Assembly: GCF_009914755.1 (NCBI RefSeq) | Contig: NC_060925.1 | Length of the DNA: 64,000 bases | DNA from: the human T2T-CHM13v2.0 reference genome, Homo sapiens | Reading direction: 5' to 3' (one strand) | In this document: piece after piece, positions 1 through 15,459 of the stretch | How the letters are laid out: the number at the start of each line of letters is the position of its first letter | Numbering within the stretch: the stretch's first letter is position 1 | Program-made: the position numbers and the translations under genes | Notes under the pieces: generated by a model | What the model was told of the DNA's origin: nothing | The model's database searches: none | What the model saw: only the letters and a program-made list of their open reading frames with translations

Positions 1-1103
1 CTCTACGAGCAACTTCCAAGCCTGGACCTCCTGTAAAACTGCAGATTCTGACTCTGTAGGTCCAGGAGGGGCGTGAGAAGCCACATTCTAACAAGCTCCC
101 AGGGCAGCTGCCGCCACTGCCGGTCTAAGCGCCACACTGAATAGCGAGACCTTAAGGCACTTCTGGTCTCTGTGCTTCCAGTTCTTCCGAGAAACTTGGC
201 ATCTTGCAGCCGTTTCGGAGAGTCCATGTGTGCCAGCTCTACCCACTTTGAGAGCAGAACAAGCCAGGAAGCTCTGAGAGTGGGACTGGAAGGTAACTGA
301 ATAAAACCGGTGACGGGGAGTTACGACGAAGCAACTAAGGGCACTGCTGTTGCCGACAGAATCCCTCACCTTGACATCGAGCTAGGGAGATGTGTTCAAA
401 ACCAGGGGAAGACTCTCAGGAACATGAGGGGAGAAGCCGAGATTTGTAATCCCCGTGGCTGACTTCACTTTAGTTCTGAGCAATAGCTAACACATTGCGC
501 GGCTTATTTATTTCAATATGTATGGAAGGGAGGAAGATCGAATGCCTTACACAAGTAGGTAGGACAGCATCACCATTGCTATCAGCCGACGGCCGTGGGC
601 CTACTGGGTGCCTACTGCTTCCTTGGCTCTCCCCAAGATTCCGAACTGTGGGCCTAATCCCATCGAGGAGGAGCAGGCAGAGGCACTCAACAGATGGGGG
701 AAAATTGCAAATATTTATTTGTGAAGATTTATTTCTCTACCTTCCACTCCCGGGGCACAATACCAGCAGCAGTCTGGCCCTGTGTCACCAGGACGGAAGA
801 AGTCCCATCTGCCTGGTTCCTTTCCCAGGTGCCACATGGGGTATGGGGCCTTCCCTGTCACCCTCTTCCCGCCCCCTGTCCATCACACAGATGGCCACCA
901 CTGCTTACCAATGGAAGTGTCCAGAGAAAAGCATCACCTAAAACTTCAAAGGACTGCTAAGTACTGGCTCAGACCTCCCATGGAAATTCCATCCAAAGTC
1001 CAGGAAAGCACTTTCGTTTGCACAGTCTATCTGCTGAATTGTATACATCTGTTTGGCTGCTAAATGAAAGATAAAATTTTTGGAGGCTTATTGTGGCAAG
1101 ACG

Positions 1104-1109
1104 TTTATT
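1104..1109 (-). terminator. AGT: AGT distal polyadenylation signal AATAAA
   Basis: tttatt on + strand, ~590 nt after the stop codon. Confidence 0.85.
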
Positions 1110-1303
1110 ACTAACACAAGGGAGAAATAACCAGCTATGGTTCCGCATTCAAACAGAAATTCAGGTGCTTGCATCTTTCACGTATTGTTCAAAAATCACA
1201 AGCATCTGTGGAAAAAACTAAGGTATTACAGACACTACACGGAGGTCATGTTCTTACATTCAAGACACTAAATACAAACCGAAGGCAATGCAAAAATGTA
1301 TAC

Positions 1304-1309
1304 TTTAAT
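1304..1309 (-). terminator. AGT: AGT proximal polyadenylation signal ATTAAA
   Basis: tttaat on + strand, followed on the minus strand by GU/U-rich sequence. Confidence 0.65.
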
Positions 1310-1694
1310 TTTAAAACCCAATTTTTGTTCTCAACTTGAAAAGGGAACACTTTTTTGTTTCACAAACAAGCTGGTCGGTTGGAATTCTTTTTGGAACAGT
1401 AGTCCCGCGCTAAACACTGGTTCTTGCCTCCCCACCCCCATTCTCTAAAATAAACCCAGCAAACTGGGAGGTGCATTTGTGCCGCTGCAGGCTTCTACTG
1501 CTCACTCCATGCAGCACACTTAGACCAAGGAGAAACGGCTGCTTTCCAGCTCAAAGTCGACTCATTAGAAGAAAAGGTGGGAGACTGGGGGTGACACATC
1601 GCTGATTTGTCCGGGGTTGTTATCTGCTGCTGGCCTTTGCCTCAAAGGCCAGGGGCAGAGGCCTTGCCAGGCACTGTGTTCTGGGGCCCTGGCC

Positions 1695-1946
<252 letters not shown>

Positions 1947-2623
1947 CTAGAGGGCCGGGGTGGGCTCAGGACCTCTGTGCTGTGCACTGTCCTGGAGGGG
2001 GACATTTTCCAGCCTGCCAGGAGGATGCACAGTGTATGCCTGCCCCTCAGTGTAGGCAAGGGTGTGTCTGTGTGTAGATGACCGTTAATTGGCCACAATG
2101 GCCAAACTCACATGCCGGCTCCTCCCTAACACACCCCTTACATCCTCCCATCTTCACATTCTGCCCTGATGTCCCAGGCAGAATTCCTGGCTCCCTTGGC
2201 CATGGCCCACCAGTGCCAGGGCTTAGCTAACTTAGCACAGAGGGCTCTTCCCGCTGGCCCCCGTAAGAACTCCCACTTTCTCCCCAGCACTGAGCACAGG
2301 GCCCAGAACATCAAGGCACATCCTTGGTAGCTGCAGATGTGCATGGTGCCACATGGCAGGGGGACATTCTGTCTGCTGCTCAGCATTTCCCTGAAGAAGG
2401 GGCTGGGCCCAGGGCACCAGGTCCAGGGGTGCTTGCTGTCTTCATCCCGGTTTCAACTCCACTATAGGAACCCTGGAGGACCCTGAGGCAAGGCAAGGCC
2501 AAGCAGGACCATGGAACACACACCTAGCAGGAGGAGGCACAGCAGGGATGGGGAGGGATTTGCTGCTCTGCACCTGGAAGGCCCCAGAATGCTCTGGCTA
2601 CTTCTCTCCCACCTTTGGCCCTA

Positions 2624-2962
<339 letters not shown>

Positions 2963-3439
2963 TTATGCTCCTTGCACCCAACCCTGACGACAGGGATGTT
3001 TGCTACCCCCATCACCCAACTAAGTCATCCTCCCCCTTGGGGAAAATTTCAGCAAAACCTACAATAAAAATCCTTCGTGTCATTTGCAATACTATGTGAG
3101 GGACATAGAAGATTTACCGATGAGGACCTAGGAATGGTTGTCCTTTGGTGCATTCTGTTTTTAGGTTGGCTGCATTGAAGGTGTGTTACTTGGGTAATTT
3201 TTAAATGCTATTCTCTGAAATAATGCACTGTGTCTTACTACTGCCACAGCAGTGTTCTTGATGACATGACACCCATGAAAAGGAGAGAGGCAGGAGGGTA
3301 CAGTGTCAACCTCGTGCTGGACACGTTGCTATGTCAACTCGATTGATCTTCGTATAGAGCCTCTTCCATCTTTTGGCATCCTTCAGAGCCCATGGACATT
3401 TCCAGTGATGTATCAAGCACTTATAAGAGCTGACAGTAC

Positions 3440-3846
3440 ACCCATGTTTACAGGGTACACTGCACTATTCACAGCAGCTCAAAGGTGGAAGCAACCCACG
3501 TGTCCATCGATGGATGAGTGGATACACAAAAGGTGGTAACCACATGCAATGGAATATTATTCAGCCTTCAAAAGGAAGGACATTCTGACATGTGCTACAA
3601 CATGGGTGAACCTCGAGGACATCGTGGTGGTTGCCGGGGCCAAGGGGAAGGGGAAATGGAGAGTTAGTGTTTCAGCAGGACAGAGCTTCAGTTTGGGAAG
3701 TTGAGAAGATAAATGGAGATGGACGGGGGTGATGGCTGCACAACAGTGTGAATGGGCCTAGTACCACTGAACTGTGCACTCGAAAATGGTTACGATGGCA
3801 AATTTTGTTACGTATATTTTACCATCACAATTTTTAAAACATAAAA
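3440..3846 (+). mobile_element. Old L1M 3'-end fragment in AGT intron 3
   Basis: aaaggtggaagcaaccca.gtgtccatc...gaatattattcagcc...aaaatggtta.gatggcaaatttt. Confidence 0.75.
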
Positions 3847-4485
3847 AACACCCAGAGTTGATGTCAAGCCATCGTGTCACTCAATGCCTGCCTCTGGGAG
3901 CAGATTTCCAGGCCTCGATGATCTGGGGTGATGTGTAGTTTGAGTCCAGGGCTCTGTGGAAAGGAATTGCAGCAGGAAAGAGGAGCTAACAACACCTATC
4001 CCCACCCAGCCGCCAGCCGCCAGCAAGGGCGTTCTGGAGTCAAGGGACGCTCCCTGAGAAGGCCCCACCCCCGCTCACGCGAAGTCCGAACCCTCCTGGC
4101 AAGTCAGTTCCAAGAAGCTCTTGGATGTCACAGGTGTGCTGTGTGTCAGGTGTGGGACCAAAATGGTCCTCTCTCAGAGGGCGGATTGCAATGTTTTCTC
4201 CCCCTCCAAAACTACCAGGCAAGTGTAAGTGTAGAAAAAGCATTCTTCCTCTCCTCCTTTACCTTGCCTGCACTTGAAAGACAGACACTAACTGGAGAGC
4301 TGGGTGCTGGCTGGATAGAGGACTGGTAGACAGACACACAGGCCGCCTGCCCAGCCCCGTGCCACCGCGGCCCTGCCCTGCTCTGCACCCAAGGCTCAGC
4401 TCAGGTGTGTCTACTCCCCACCCCGCCCCCAGCCTGGGCAGGACAGTGTGGCTCCCACATTCCAGGGGAGACCGGGAGGCTCCTA

Positions 4486-4857
<372 letters not shown>

Positions 4858-7839
4858 TCAGCCTCCTTCCTTGGCCCCCCCCAGGCCACTCTGCATTCTC
4901 CTGGCCACAGGACCGCAAGTGTGGCTCAAATATTTCTCCTGTAAAATGCAGCCATTTGAGTTCACTGAGGCAGCCCTAACCGCCACCTGCAAGACACACA
5001 ACATGCCAGGCACCAAACCGGGGGTTTTGCATCTGTCACCTTAAGGGACATAAGCCACTGGTACCTGCCAGGTCAACTCAAACCTAGAACTGTCCTGACC
5101 CAAAGGCTGTGGTTTGACACACTCACTTTTTAAAAAATTTAAGAGATGTTATTTTTTAGAGTGACTTTAGGTTCACAGCAAAATCGAGCAGAAAGTACAG
5201 AAAGTTCCCATATAACTCTTGTCCCCCACTACACAGCCTCCCCCGTGATCAACATCTCACACCAGCGTGGCCCATTTGTTGCAACTGACGAACCTACACT
5301 GACATGTCCTCAGCACTCAAAGTTGATAGTTTTCTTTGAGTCTCCCTCCTGGTGTTTTACATTCTGTAGGTTTGGACGCACGTAGAATGACATGTGGCCA
5401 CCACCGCACTATCCCACCACTCCTAGAGGCCCCTGCTCATACTCACTTTTTAATCCATGTCTAGCCCCAGCCATGGCAGAGCCCACCAGCTGTCCTGTGG
5501 CCCCCACCCTCCCCCATCACAGTCATAGAATACAGAGTGGGCCACGCAGGCCCCGGAAACGAGGGCTCCATTCCTCAGCAGCCCTTGCTACTGGGGAGAC
5601 TCACACAACCTCGTTGTGATGAATGGATTTGCACACTGGGCCTTGGGGGCAGGGGTGAGCCCTCTGTTTCCCCTCCTGCTCACAGGGCCGTGCAGATGAC
5701 AGAGAACTCGGGAGAGCCCGTTGTGGGAGAAGGACACAAATTTGTGTGTGACGCAGTTACCTGGGGTCTTTCCATGACAGCAGCCCACCCTCTGCCTCGA
5801 CCTTACACTAGCACATCCCTGCCCTCGGCTGTCCTCCCACTCATCCTGAAAGGCCTATTCTGCGGTTGTTCTTAGGAGAATAGGGTGAAGTTGTGTATAA
5901 GTTTGTCACAGAACAGTCCCCTGGGCACGTGGCACTTGGGAGTCTGAGTAGAGATGGTTCAGAAACAGTGAGGTCTCCCTTTGTACTGAATTGGAGGTCC
6001 CAGCATGAAAGTAGGGCAGCTGGGAGGACAGAACTGGCAGGCAGGAGCTGGGCATGGCTGTGCCTCCCCTGGGTCCGGGTCTCGTAAGAAGGCAGTGGCA
6101 GACCTGGCATATTTCTCGTCCTCAGTCCTCGGAGCACTCAGTCTCGGAAGGGCATGTGAGCGGGAAACTGCAGGGTTCCCCTTGCACGTTCCCTGCAGGG
6201 ACCTCGGTGCTGCCCACCTGGGCTGGCAAGGCTTTTAGTTTAGAGGGGGGAAAGGGACAATTCTTTTCTTCCAACAAACTAAACTAAAAAAGGGAAGCTG
6301 CCTCCCAAAAGACGCTGGGATTTGACATGAGAGTGGCTGCCGTCTTCCCTCTGCTCGTCTGACACGCACAGCTCACCATTCTCATCCGGAGGCTAGGTAA
6401 ATCTGTCGAGGTCAAGTCAGGACCTGGTGTCATGGAAACCGCCAGGGCCAGCGCCCCATGCTCAGGAGCACAGCAAGCACTGGGCAGACGGTACCCTGGA
6501 GCCCATCAGGCCCCAGATCCTCAGGTCCTCTCTAGTGGGACACATCTAGCTGCCTGCTGAGGTCATGTAAATAGAACATCATTGCTAAAGGGAAACCTAG
6601 AGGTCCCTAGACAGCCCCCGATCTCCTCACTGGACAGACCATGTGGGCAGGAAGTGGCTGCCTCCTTTGACGGAAACTGAGGCCAGCAAAGTTAGGAAGT
6701 GGGGCAGGGTCAGGGCAGCATGCGGTGGAGGCCGGCGAGGATCCTGGGCTTCCTTTGAGTCCCGATGTGGTTGGCTTTTTTATTCTTCCTCCTCTTCCTC
6801 CTGGCCTGGCTCTGCGGTCTGGGTCAGGTGGATGTGCTCTCTTTCGAAGGGAGACCCATTTCAGATGCCACTGGCTTTCTTGCCTTTGCCTTCTGCAGGA
6901 CCCTCCTTCTCAGTGAGCGCTCCTCCCAGCACTTCTCCTAGGGACAGCAGGCTAAGTCCATGTGTCCCTGCTCTGCCCTGCACAGTGTGCTGCCACCCTC
7001 AACCGGGCAACCCTCGGGCTGGCCTCTGCCCCTGTGACCAGTCAGTGCCAGGGCTGAGCAATCCCCCCATCTATCACCTCCCCCTGAACCCGAAGGGAAA
7101 GACCTCAAGGAGGTTGTCGTGGTAAGAAAAATCACTATGCGCCACTGAACCTCTTTCTCCACAGTCTTGTCTTTCACCTCCCGCCTGGCTCTCTGTCCCT
7201 CACGAGGTTAACATCTTGACAGAGCCTCCTCAGTGTCTCTTAGACACACCCCTCAGCCCCACCCCACCCATGGATTTGCCGAGCTGCTCCCTGAGCACGT
7301 GTTCCCGTGACTGTGTGCCTGGACTCTTGCGTAACCTTCAAACAATCCTCCCTGCCTCCAGTCTGCACACGGCAGGCTTCCGGGATGACCTCTGAACAGA
7401 ACGCGTCCCCATTCCCACACCTACCAAGCATGGCGTTCAAAGTGTCTCCAGCTCTGCCCTCCCCAGGCCCATTTTCTGGTTCAACACTCATGCCAAGCCA
7501 ACCGCCCCATCCTCGTTCCTTGCCCCAAACTCTGCAGGCTGGGCTCATCATGCTTGCTCCTAGCTTCACCAGCCCTGTTTCCCTCACTGCCAGGCAAGGC
7601 CTGCTCTCCGCTCCCCAGTGACCTCTGTCCTCTGAGAGCCCCGAGGCTTCCCTGAGTTACCTTGTGGAGCACGTTTCCCTGCAGCTCCAAATCCTAGGCA
7701 TTTGCCCATTGACCTTTAAAAGCCTGGAGGCAGGGCCTATACAGCCCTCCTCTGGCCTCCTCTGAGATGCCAGGCTTAAAGTCTTACAAGTAGCAAATCT
7801 TCAACAAGTATTTGTTAAATGAATGCTTTAAGCAATCTG

Positions 7840-8008
7840 TGGCTGGGTGCAGTGGCTCACACCTTTAATCCCAACACTTTGGAAGGCAGAGGTGGGAGGA
7901 TCGCTTGAGGCCAGGAGTTCAAGGCTACAGTGAGCAATGATGGCACCACTACACTGCAGCCTGGGTGACAGAACAAGACCCTGTCTCAATAAAAAAAAAA
8001 AAAAAAAA
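7840..8008 (+). mobile_element. Alu monomer (FRAM-like) in AGT intron 2
   Basis: ggctgggtgcagtggctcac...ctgggtgacagaacaagaccctgtctc plus polyA. Confidence 0.85.
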
Positions 8009-8511
8009 TCAACAATCTTTGTAGTAGAGGGTTTTCAGTAATGCCCCTCCTAACATGAAAGGGATTTAAGCAAGCCAATTGCTTATTTCTGCATGGGCCA
8101 GGGACCCCAGTTCCTGACCTTCTCAAGAGATATGAACCTGACCCTTCTGAGTGTAGAACTGGGCTGTGGGGCCAGGAGATGTGGGTTTCAATCCCAGGAC
8201 CCCCACTGGTGGCTGTGCCATCTTGAGCAAGGCACTTTGTTTCTCCGAGTCTCTATTTCTTCACTGGTAAACAAAGGCACAAATACCTCTTCACCACATC
8301 ATAAGGGGATTAAATGATGTAAGAAAAAGGATGTTGTATAGTCGTGCACATAGTAGGGCAGCAGGTCCAGGAGGTGGACGGCCCATCCAGGGACCCAGCG
8401 GAGCAGCCACTTCCCCACTTCTCAAGGGTGGTCACCAGGTATGTCCGCAGGGCTGCCCCCTGCCCATCTCCAAGGCCTGACTGGCTGATCTCAGCTACAC
8501 ATTGGATACTA

Positions 8512-9441
<930 letters not shown>

Positions 9442-9619
9442 TTATTAACTGACCTTTAAGTGCCATCTAACCAGATCTTTCATTGTCCCAATATTCCCTG
9501 TCACCATTTAGCCCAGAATAAATCCATTCATGTCTACAAAAAAAAGAAGAAATGGATTCAAAGCTCCATGGAAAATATCTACATGATCCAAGTGCAAAAT
9601 GCACCAATATCAGCTGAAT

Positions 9620-10027
9620 TATGTCCTACCTCCCCCAACGGCCATAATGCCCGTGTTGAAGTCCTCAACCCCAGGACCTCAGAATGTGACCATTATTTGG
9701 AGACAGGATCTTTAAAGAGATGATTAAGTTAAAATGAGGCCATGAGGGTGAGCCCTGATCTAATATGACCTGTGTCCTTATGAGAAGAGGAGATGAGGAC
9801 ATGGACACACACAGAGGGAAGACCATGTGGGGACACAGAGGGAAGACCATGTGGGGACACAGAGAGAAGACGGCCATCTACAAGCCAAGGATAGAGGACC
9901 CAGAGGAAACCAACTCTGCTGATGGCTGGCTCCCAGGCTTCTAGCTTCCAGAACTGTGAGATAACACATTTCTGTTGTTAAACCCTCCCAGTCTGTGGTA
10001 CTTATGGCAGCCCAAGCAGATTAAGAC
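9620..10027 (+). mobile_element. MLT1-family MaLR LTR in AGT intron 1 (antisense to AGT)
   Basis: Motifs gttgaagtcctcaacccc, gattaagttaaaatgagg, ccagaactgtgagataa, atggcagccc...gattaagaca. Confidence 0.8.
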
Positions 10028-12639
10028 ATGCTCCTGCCTGCAGCTGTAAGTTTTCTTCCTAGAGAAACAAGTGTGTGCCAATCAGTAGGTCTTTGTGGAG
10101 GCCTCCTAGACCCCTGAGATGCTCATTCGAGGGCCCTAGGGTGAGGGCTGGGGATGGTTTTGTCATCTCCCTGTGGTCCCAACATGCAGCCGGGATTGAG
10201 CACCACAGGCTCAGCCCAAAGTCCAAGTATTTCCCACGTGTCTCAACCCCAAAACCAGCTCTCAACCATCCCTGCATAGCGCTATCCCCTGCAGAGCCCC
10301 AAAGGCATGCATACCTAGCATGGCTTGCCCAATGATAGTTGGATTCCTTAGTCTGTGCTGGGACCACGTATAAAAAAAAAAAAAAAAAATAGAAAATTCT
10401 CAGGTGACTCTGATATGTAAGCAGGGTTTAGAACCCCTGCCCTAGACACGGGTCCAGCACCACGTTCTCTCAAAGGCCTTGCAGCTGGGCTTCAGCCTCA
10501 GCTGCTACAAATGAAAGCTACCCTGAGACCCCCAGAAGAGGTTCTTGGGCTGGCCCTGCTAATTCATTTCATCTGACTCTTCTTGATTGAAGGGATAAAC
10601 GTTTATTCTATTGATTCATTCAATTCTAACATTTTGTACCACATCTCACTCATTTCTTGTGGAGGGGGGTGTACTGCAATATCGTCACTTCTTGGCCTTT
10701 TCTGTCCCCCCAGGGCTAGGCCAGGCTTCCTTGGAGCTGTAGCGTGTCATCACTGACTCAAGGCCACCTTGATGCCTAGATTTTTCTGCTTCATCTAAGC
10801 ATACCCAGTCATTCTTCTTACATTGGCAGCTGGCTTCCCTCACCCAGACCCGTAACCAGCACCTGCCCTCAACACGGTGCAGCTGCTGAAGTACCTGGTG
10901 TGTTTTGTTCTGCTTCAGTCATTCAAATGCCAAATTCTGACCTCAGCTACCATCTCACCCCACTCCCCATGCATTTGACTCCATCCGCTGTTCTCAGGAA
11001 GAGCCACATGACATGGAAAAATGGAACAGAAAACTCTCTCTGCTGCTTGCAGGCCTTTCTGTGCAGAGAAGCCTAAGCCACCAGTTCACACCTAATCTAG
11101 ACAGTCACATCAAATCAGGTCAACAGGGGAAACCTGTGGGAACCGACTGCTGGGAAGTCCTGCCTGACAAGCGCCAACTGTTCGGGGTTTGGATGGCGCT
11201 GGTCGATGCAGCCCGCTCACTGTGCTGCTCCTGCTCAGGCAGCGTCTCCAGAGACGCAATTCCATGGGCCATTTTTGAGGCAGAGACTGTCGTTTGTTCT
11301 CAGTTGTGATCTGCGGCTGCTCCCTAGGCTGGTTCCAGGTCTGCACGCAGCCGCGTCCTGGGAGTAATGGTGCTCTGGGGTGGCGGGCCTGACACCCTCG
11401 CCCTGAGTGCCCCTCCGCCTTCTCCTCTCCTGCCCCTGCCTCTTGGCCAGCACCTGCCCCTTCTATGTCTCCCTACTTCTCCCGGGCTGAATGCTAAAGG
11501 TGAAGATGATGGCTCATGCTCCTGTGGTGCCTGCCATTTGCAGGGCACTGTTCTCATATCAACCCCTCTGACCTCACCATAGTCCTCACCTTCCCTGAGG
11601 TTTCCCTGATGCAGTATTTCACCCTGCAGCTTTCCCCACCACACCGGGCACTCTCAACTCTCTCATCCAGCTCCCCTTTTCCCTCCTTATAACCCTCTGT
11701 ACCATGTAGTTATGCACTTATTCTGTCCAGCGTCTTTGTCTGTTTGCTCTGATGTGAATGTGAGCCCCGGAACAGGGTTCCCGCTGTTGTGTTTACTAAT
11801 ACAGCCCACATTCCTAGGATAGTCCCTGGGACCTACTGCATCCTGGAGAAGTAGTTAATGAATTGGTTCATGCTGTTTTGCAGAGGAACAGAGAGGTCCA
11901 GTGACTTGTTCAACGTCACACAGCTGGGAAGAGACAGAACTAGGACTCAGAACCAGGCCCCCTGACTCTGTCATCTACGAGCTGAAGCACCAATCTATGC
12001 TGCCCTCGAATAAAATTGGAATCTGCCTTTTAGCTTATCCCAAAGCTTAGAAAGCACTTTCATGTTATATTAGTTCTCTTCAGCTATACCAGAGCCCCTG
12101 AGACAGGGAGCCCAGGCATCGTTATTAGTTCCATTTTATAGGTGAGCAAATCGAGGTTCAGGGAGACGGTGACCAGCCTGATGACACACAGTCAGGCAGT
12201 CTGTCTCGAGGGAGGGGTAGGGTGACCACTCTGGGGATCCCAGCTGGAGACTGACCGAGCCCGGCCCTTCCCTCCAGCCCCAATTCCTGCACAAGCCCTG
12301 CTATTCCTCCTGATGGCAAGAGGACCCGGTGGACTCTTGGCCATGATGACTCTGTTCCTGTACCAGTCTGCTCCGTTCCTGAGGACCCTAACTTTTCTCA
12401 GCGGAAGCAGGAAGACCTGACCATCTTGTCCTATTGCTGAGGAGGAGCAGCTCCTCCTGTAAGACCCCAGGTGGGCACCGAGTGGGGGAAAGCCCGCGTC
12501 CAGATGACTGGTCTTATGAGAGGGGAGAGGTTTTTCAGTCATCACCGTGCCTCCTCCCGGCCTTTTCCTCCTAGCCCACAGCTCAGTTACATCTGAGAGA
12601 GACAAGGCCGAGAAGGAGCTGAGGGGGCCCCCGGCTTAC

Positions 12640-12674
12640 CTTCTGCTGTAGTACCCAGAACAACGGCAGCTTCT
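12640..12674 (-). other. AGT: AGT non-coding exon 1 (TSS approximate)
   Basis: About 25-30 nt downstream of TATAAATA; ends at strong donor AAG|gtaagc (GT at 12639-12638). Confidence 0.9.
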
Positions 12675-12960
12675 TCCCCTGGCCGGGTCACGATGCCCTA
12701 TTTATAGCTGAGGGGTGGGGATGGAGCTGTTCCCAGGCTGCCTGTGCACAGGCTGGAGAGGAGGGTTACATCACTTGGCCAGACCACAGGCTGGCCAGAA
12801 GGACAGATGCCAGAAGCGACACTCACGCTGGGACCTCTTCCAGGAAGTCTTAGTGATCGATGCAGAGTTTCACTGCTGAACAGAGTGAGCCGGTGCAGGG
12901 TCGAGTTACACATTTACCGAAGTTTGCAGGAGTCGGGGCCAAGGTTCCCAGAAACGGGAG
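12675..12960 (-). promoter_or_regulatory. AGT: AGT proximal promoter: TATA box (12699-12706), AGCE1 region between TATA and TSS, two STAT/GAS acute-phase elements (12838-12846, 12945-12953)
   Basis: Minus strand CTATAAATAGGGCATCGTGACCCGGCCAGGGGAAG. TTCCAGGAA and TTCCCAGAA match TTCNNNGAA at about -164/-172 and -271/-279. Confidence 0.9.
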
Positions 12961-15011
12961 CATCTCCCTAGGTGTGTGACAGCCTGAGGCCAACCACCCA
13001 GGCCTTCTGACCCAGCCCCGGGAGATGTACCCCCAAGAGGCCACAGGGACATGCAGGCCGGAGGTGCAGAGGGCAGAGGGCAGGGGAGAGTCTTGCTTAG
13101 GCAACACGGGGGCCACTTCTGACCCTGCTGCCCGCTCATGGGATGTGTGACCTTCAGCTGCTCCAAAGAGCCTACCCTGTGCAAAGGCCTCTAATAGACA
13201 CTGGGGAAAACACACAAGCAAGTGAAAAGTGCCTTCTGGAAGTTTCCAGTGTAGCTGGGGAGACTGTTAAACACCAACAATAGCACAGCCAGATTGAAAG
13301 ACACAAACAAAATGCCTTCAGGATGCAGGCATTGAAAGATGTGCTGTTCTGTGTTTATGCTGTACAAATTGCAAATGGTAAGTTTCACATGACCAGTAAA
13401 AGGGTTATAATTCTTATTTTCCTATAGGTAAGACTTGCTTTTGTAGTCATTATAACAGGGCATGACAGAGACCTTGGTGAGAGTCGCCAGAAGCCAGTGA
13501 TCACAAGTGACGCAGTGGGTGAGGCAGGTTGGGAGTGGTGATGTGTCCAGCCTTAAATACATGGTATTAGGGCACTGAAGGGACAGGAAGGAAGATCCTG
13601 CTTCAACACAAGCAGGTTCAAGGAGCCACGGCATATCCACGATGGCAGACATGAAATTACCCAGGAATGGAACATTTAACAACAAAGAGCAGGAAGAGAT
13701 GGTGCCTGGATATGAGGCAGAAGCTGTACATTCACTGACTGAACAATCAACAAACACACAAATACCTCTTTTTTACCCATTACTCTAAATCTTCATTTAA
13801 AAAAATCATATCTCACATGGGCCTGTAAATTCTGAAATACATTTTTTTAATTACTTTGTTCCTATAGATAGGGACTCCTCAAAAATCACTTGTCTGGGGC
13901 CCCACAGCGACTTAGAGGTGGCTTTGTCTGAACAGAACATTCGGGCCAGGTACAGTGCCTCGCATCTGTAATTCAAACACTTTTTGAGGCCAGGAGATGG
14001 AGGTTACAGTGAGCTATGATTGCACCACTGCACTCGAGCCTGGGCTACAGAGTAAGACTCTGTCTCTAAATAAATAGACAATTTTAATTTAATTTTTTTA
14101 AAATAAGAGACCATTCAAAGTGCTCCTGCCTGCGAATGGGTTAGTTGGAACAGTAGAGACTGGGGTCCTAGGCCTGGCTGTGCCACTAACTAGTTGTTTG
14201 AGGATCAGCAAGTGGTTTAACTGCAGTAACAAGTCGACCTGGACACAAGGGGGAGGTAAGGATCTAGCACTGATTAAGCAACAACCTTGTGCCCAGTGTT
14301 TAAATATTTCGGCTCTTTAAAGCCTCACAATTTGTTTCATTCATTCACTATTCCTGGTGCTCAGCATATGTCAGGGAACAAAACAAAGATCCTGGTCTTT
14401 GGGAGAGTTTCCACTGTGCCTGGGCCTCCTGCCTCGGGCCCTTGGAATGATCACTCCATTCAACAGCAAAGATAATAAACAACTGATCAGGTAACATGCT
14501 GGAAAGTGGTGTAAAAGAAAATAAAATTTCAGGACCCTCTAAATTTGGCCTCTAAGCAAGCCAAACTTCTCTTAATAATGACACGTTACTGGGGAGAACA
14601 TAAGAAAATAATTTTGGTTAGATTGGACCCAATAAAGAATATCTGCTTAAACTTGTTGCAAGATTGGTTAAAAGCCCTTAATCCATGCCCAAGGCTGACT
14701 ATCAGCTGGGGGATCTTCTACGTAAGGCTTTAAAGCTCATTAAAATCAATCAGAAAATTGCTAGAGAATTTTATTGAGAATGTAAATTATTCCCATAAGG
14801 AGCAGCCATTCAAACTGACTGCAGACATTTGACCCAGCTCAGATTCAGGCCAGTTTTCTTCCCAGTAGGCACCTTCTGTGTTCATTCCATCAGTGGAAGT
14901 TTCTTATGTGTACATTCCATCAGCGGAAGTTAGGGACAGAGCTTATCTGTGGCTAAATGAAGACTGTTGAATGAAAAGCAGAGGTTCTACATAGAAACCA
15001 AATAAGCCATC

Positions 15012-15372
15012 TGATATGGTTTGGCTGTGTCCCCACCCAAATCTCCAATTGTAGCTCCCATAATTCCCATGTGTCACGGGAGGGACCCAGTGGGAGGTAA
15101 TTGAATCATGAGGGTGGATCTTTCTGGTGCTGTTCTTGTGATAGTGCATAAGTCTCATGAGATCTGATGGTTTTATAAAGGGGAGTTCCCCTGAACATGC
15201 TTTCTCTCTTTTGCCAGCCACCATGTAAGATGTGCTTTTGCTCCTCCTTCACCTTCCACCATGATTGTGAGGCCTCCCCAGCCACGTGGAACACATAAGT
15301 CCATTAAACCTCTTTTTCTTTATAAATTACCCAGTCTCTGATATGTCTTTATTAGCAGCGTGAGAACAGATA
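15012..15372 (+). mobile_element. THE1-family MaLR solo LTR
   Basis: Starts TGATATGGTTTGGCTGTGTCCCCACCCAAATCTC; typical 3' end ATTAAACCTCTTTTTCTTTATAAATTACCCAGTCTC. Confidence 0.85.
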
Positions 15373-15459
15373 CCATCAGTCAGAATCGGATCCAGGAAAC
15401 CAGCCACATATGGAGTCAGCAGAGCATGATGTATTAGTCAGGCAGGTGCTATTGGGATA

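Larger units (their letters stand above)
1080..1694 (-). other. AGT: AGT 3' UTR
   Basis: Between the TGA stop and the inferred cleavage site ~20 nt after AATAAA. Confidence 0.85.
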
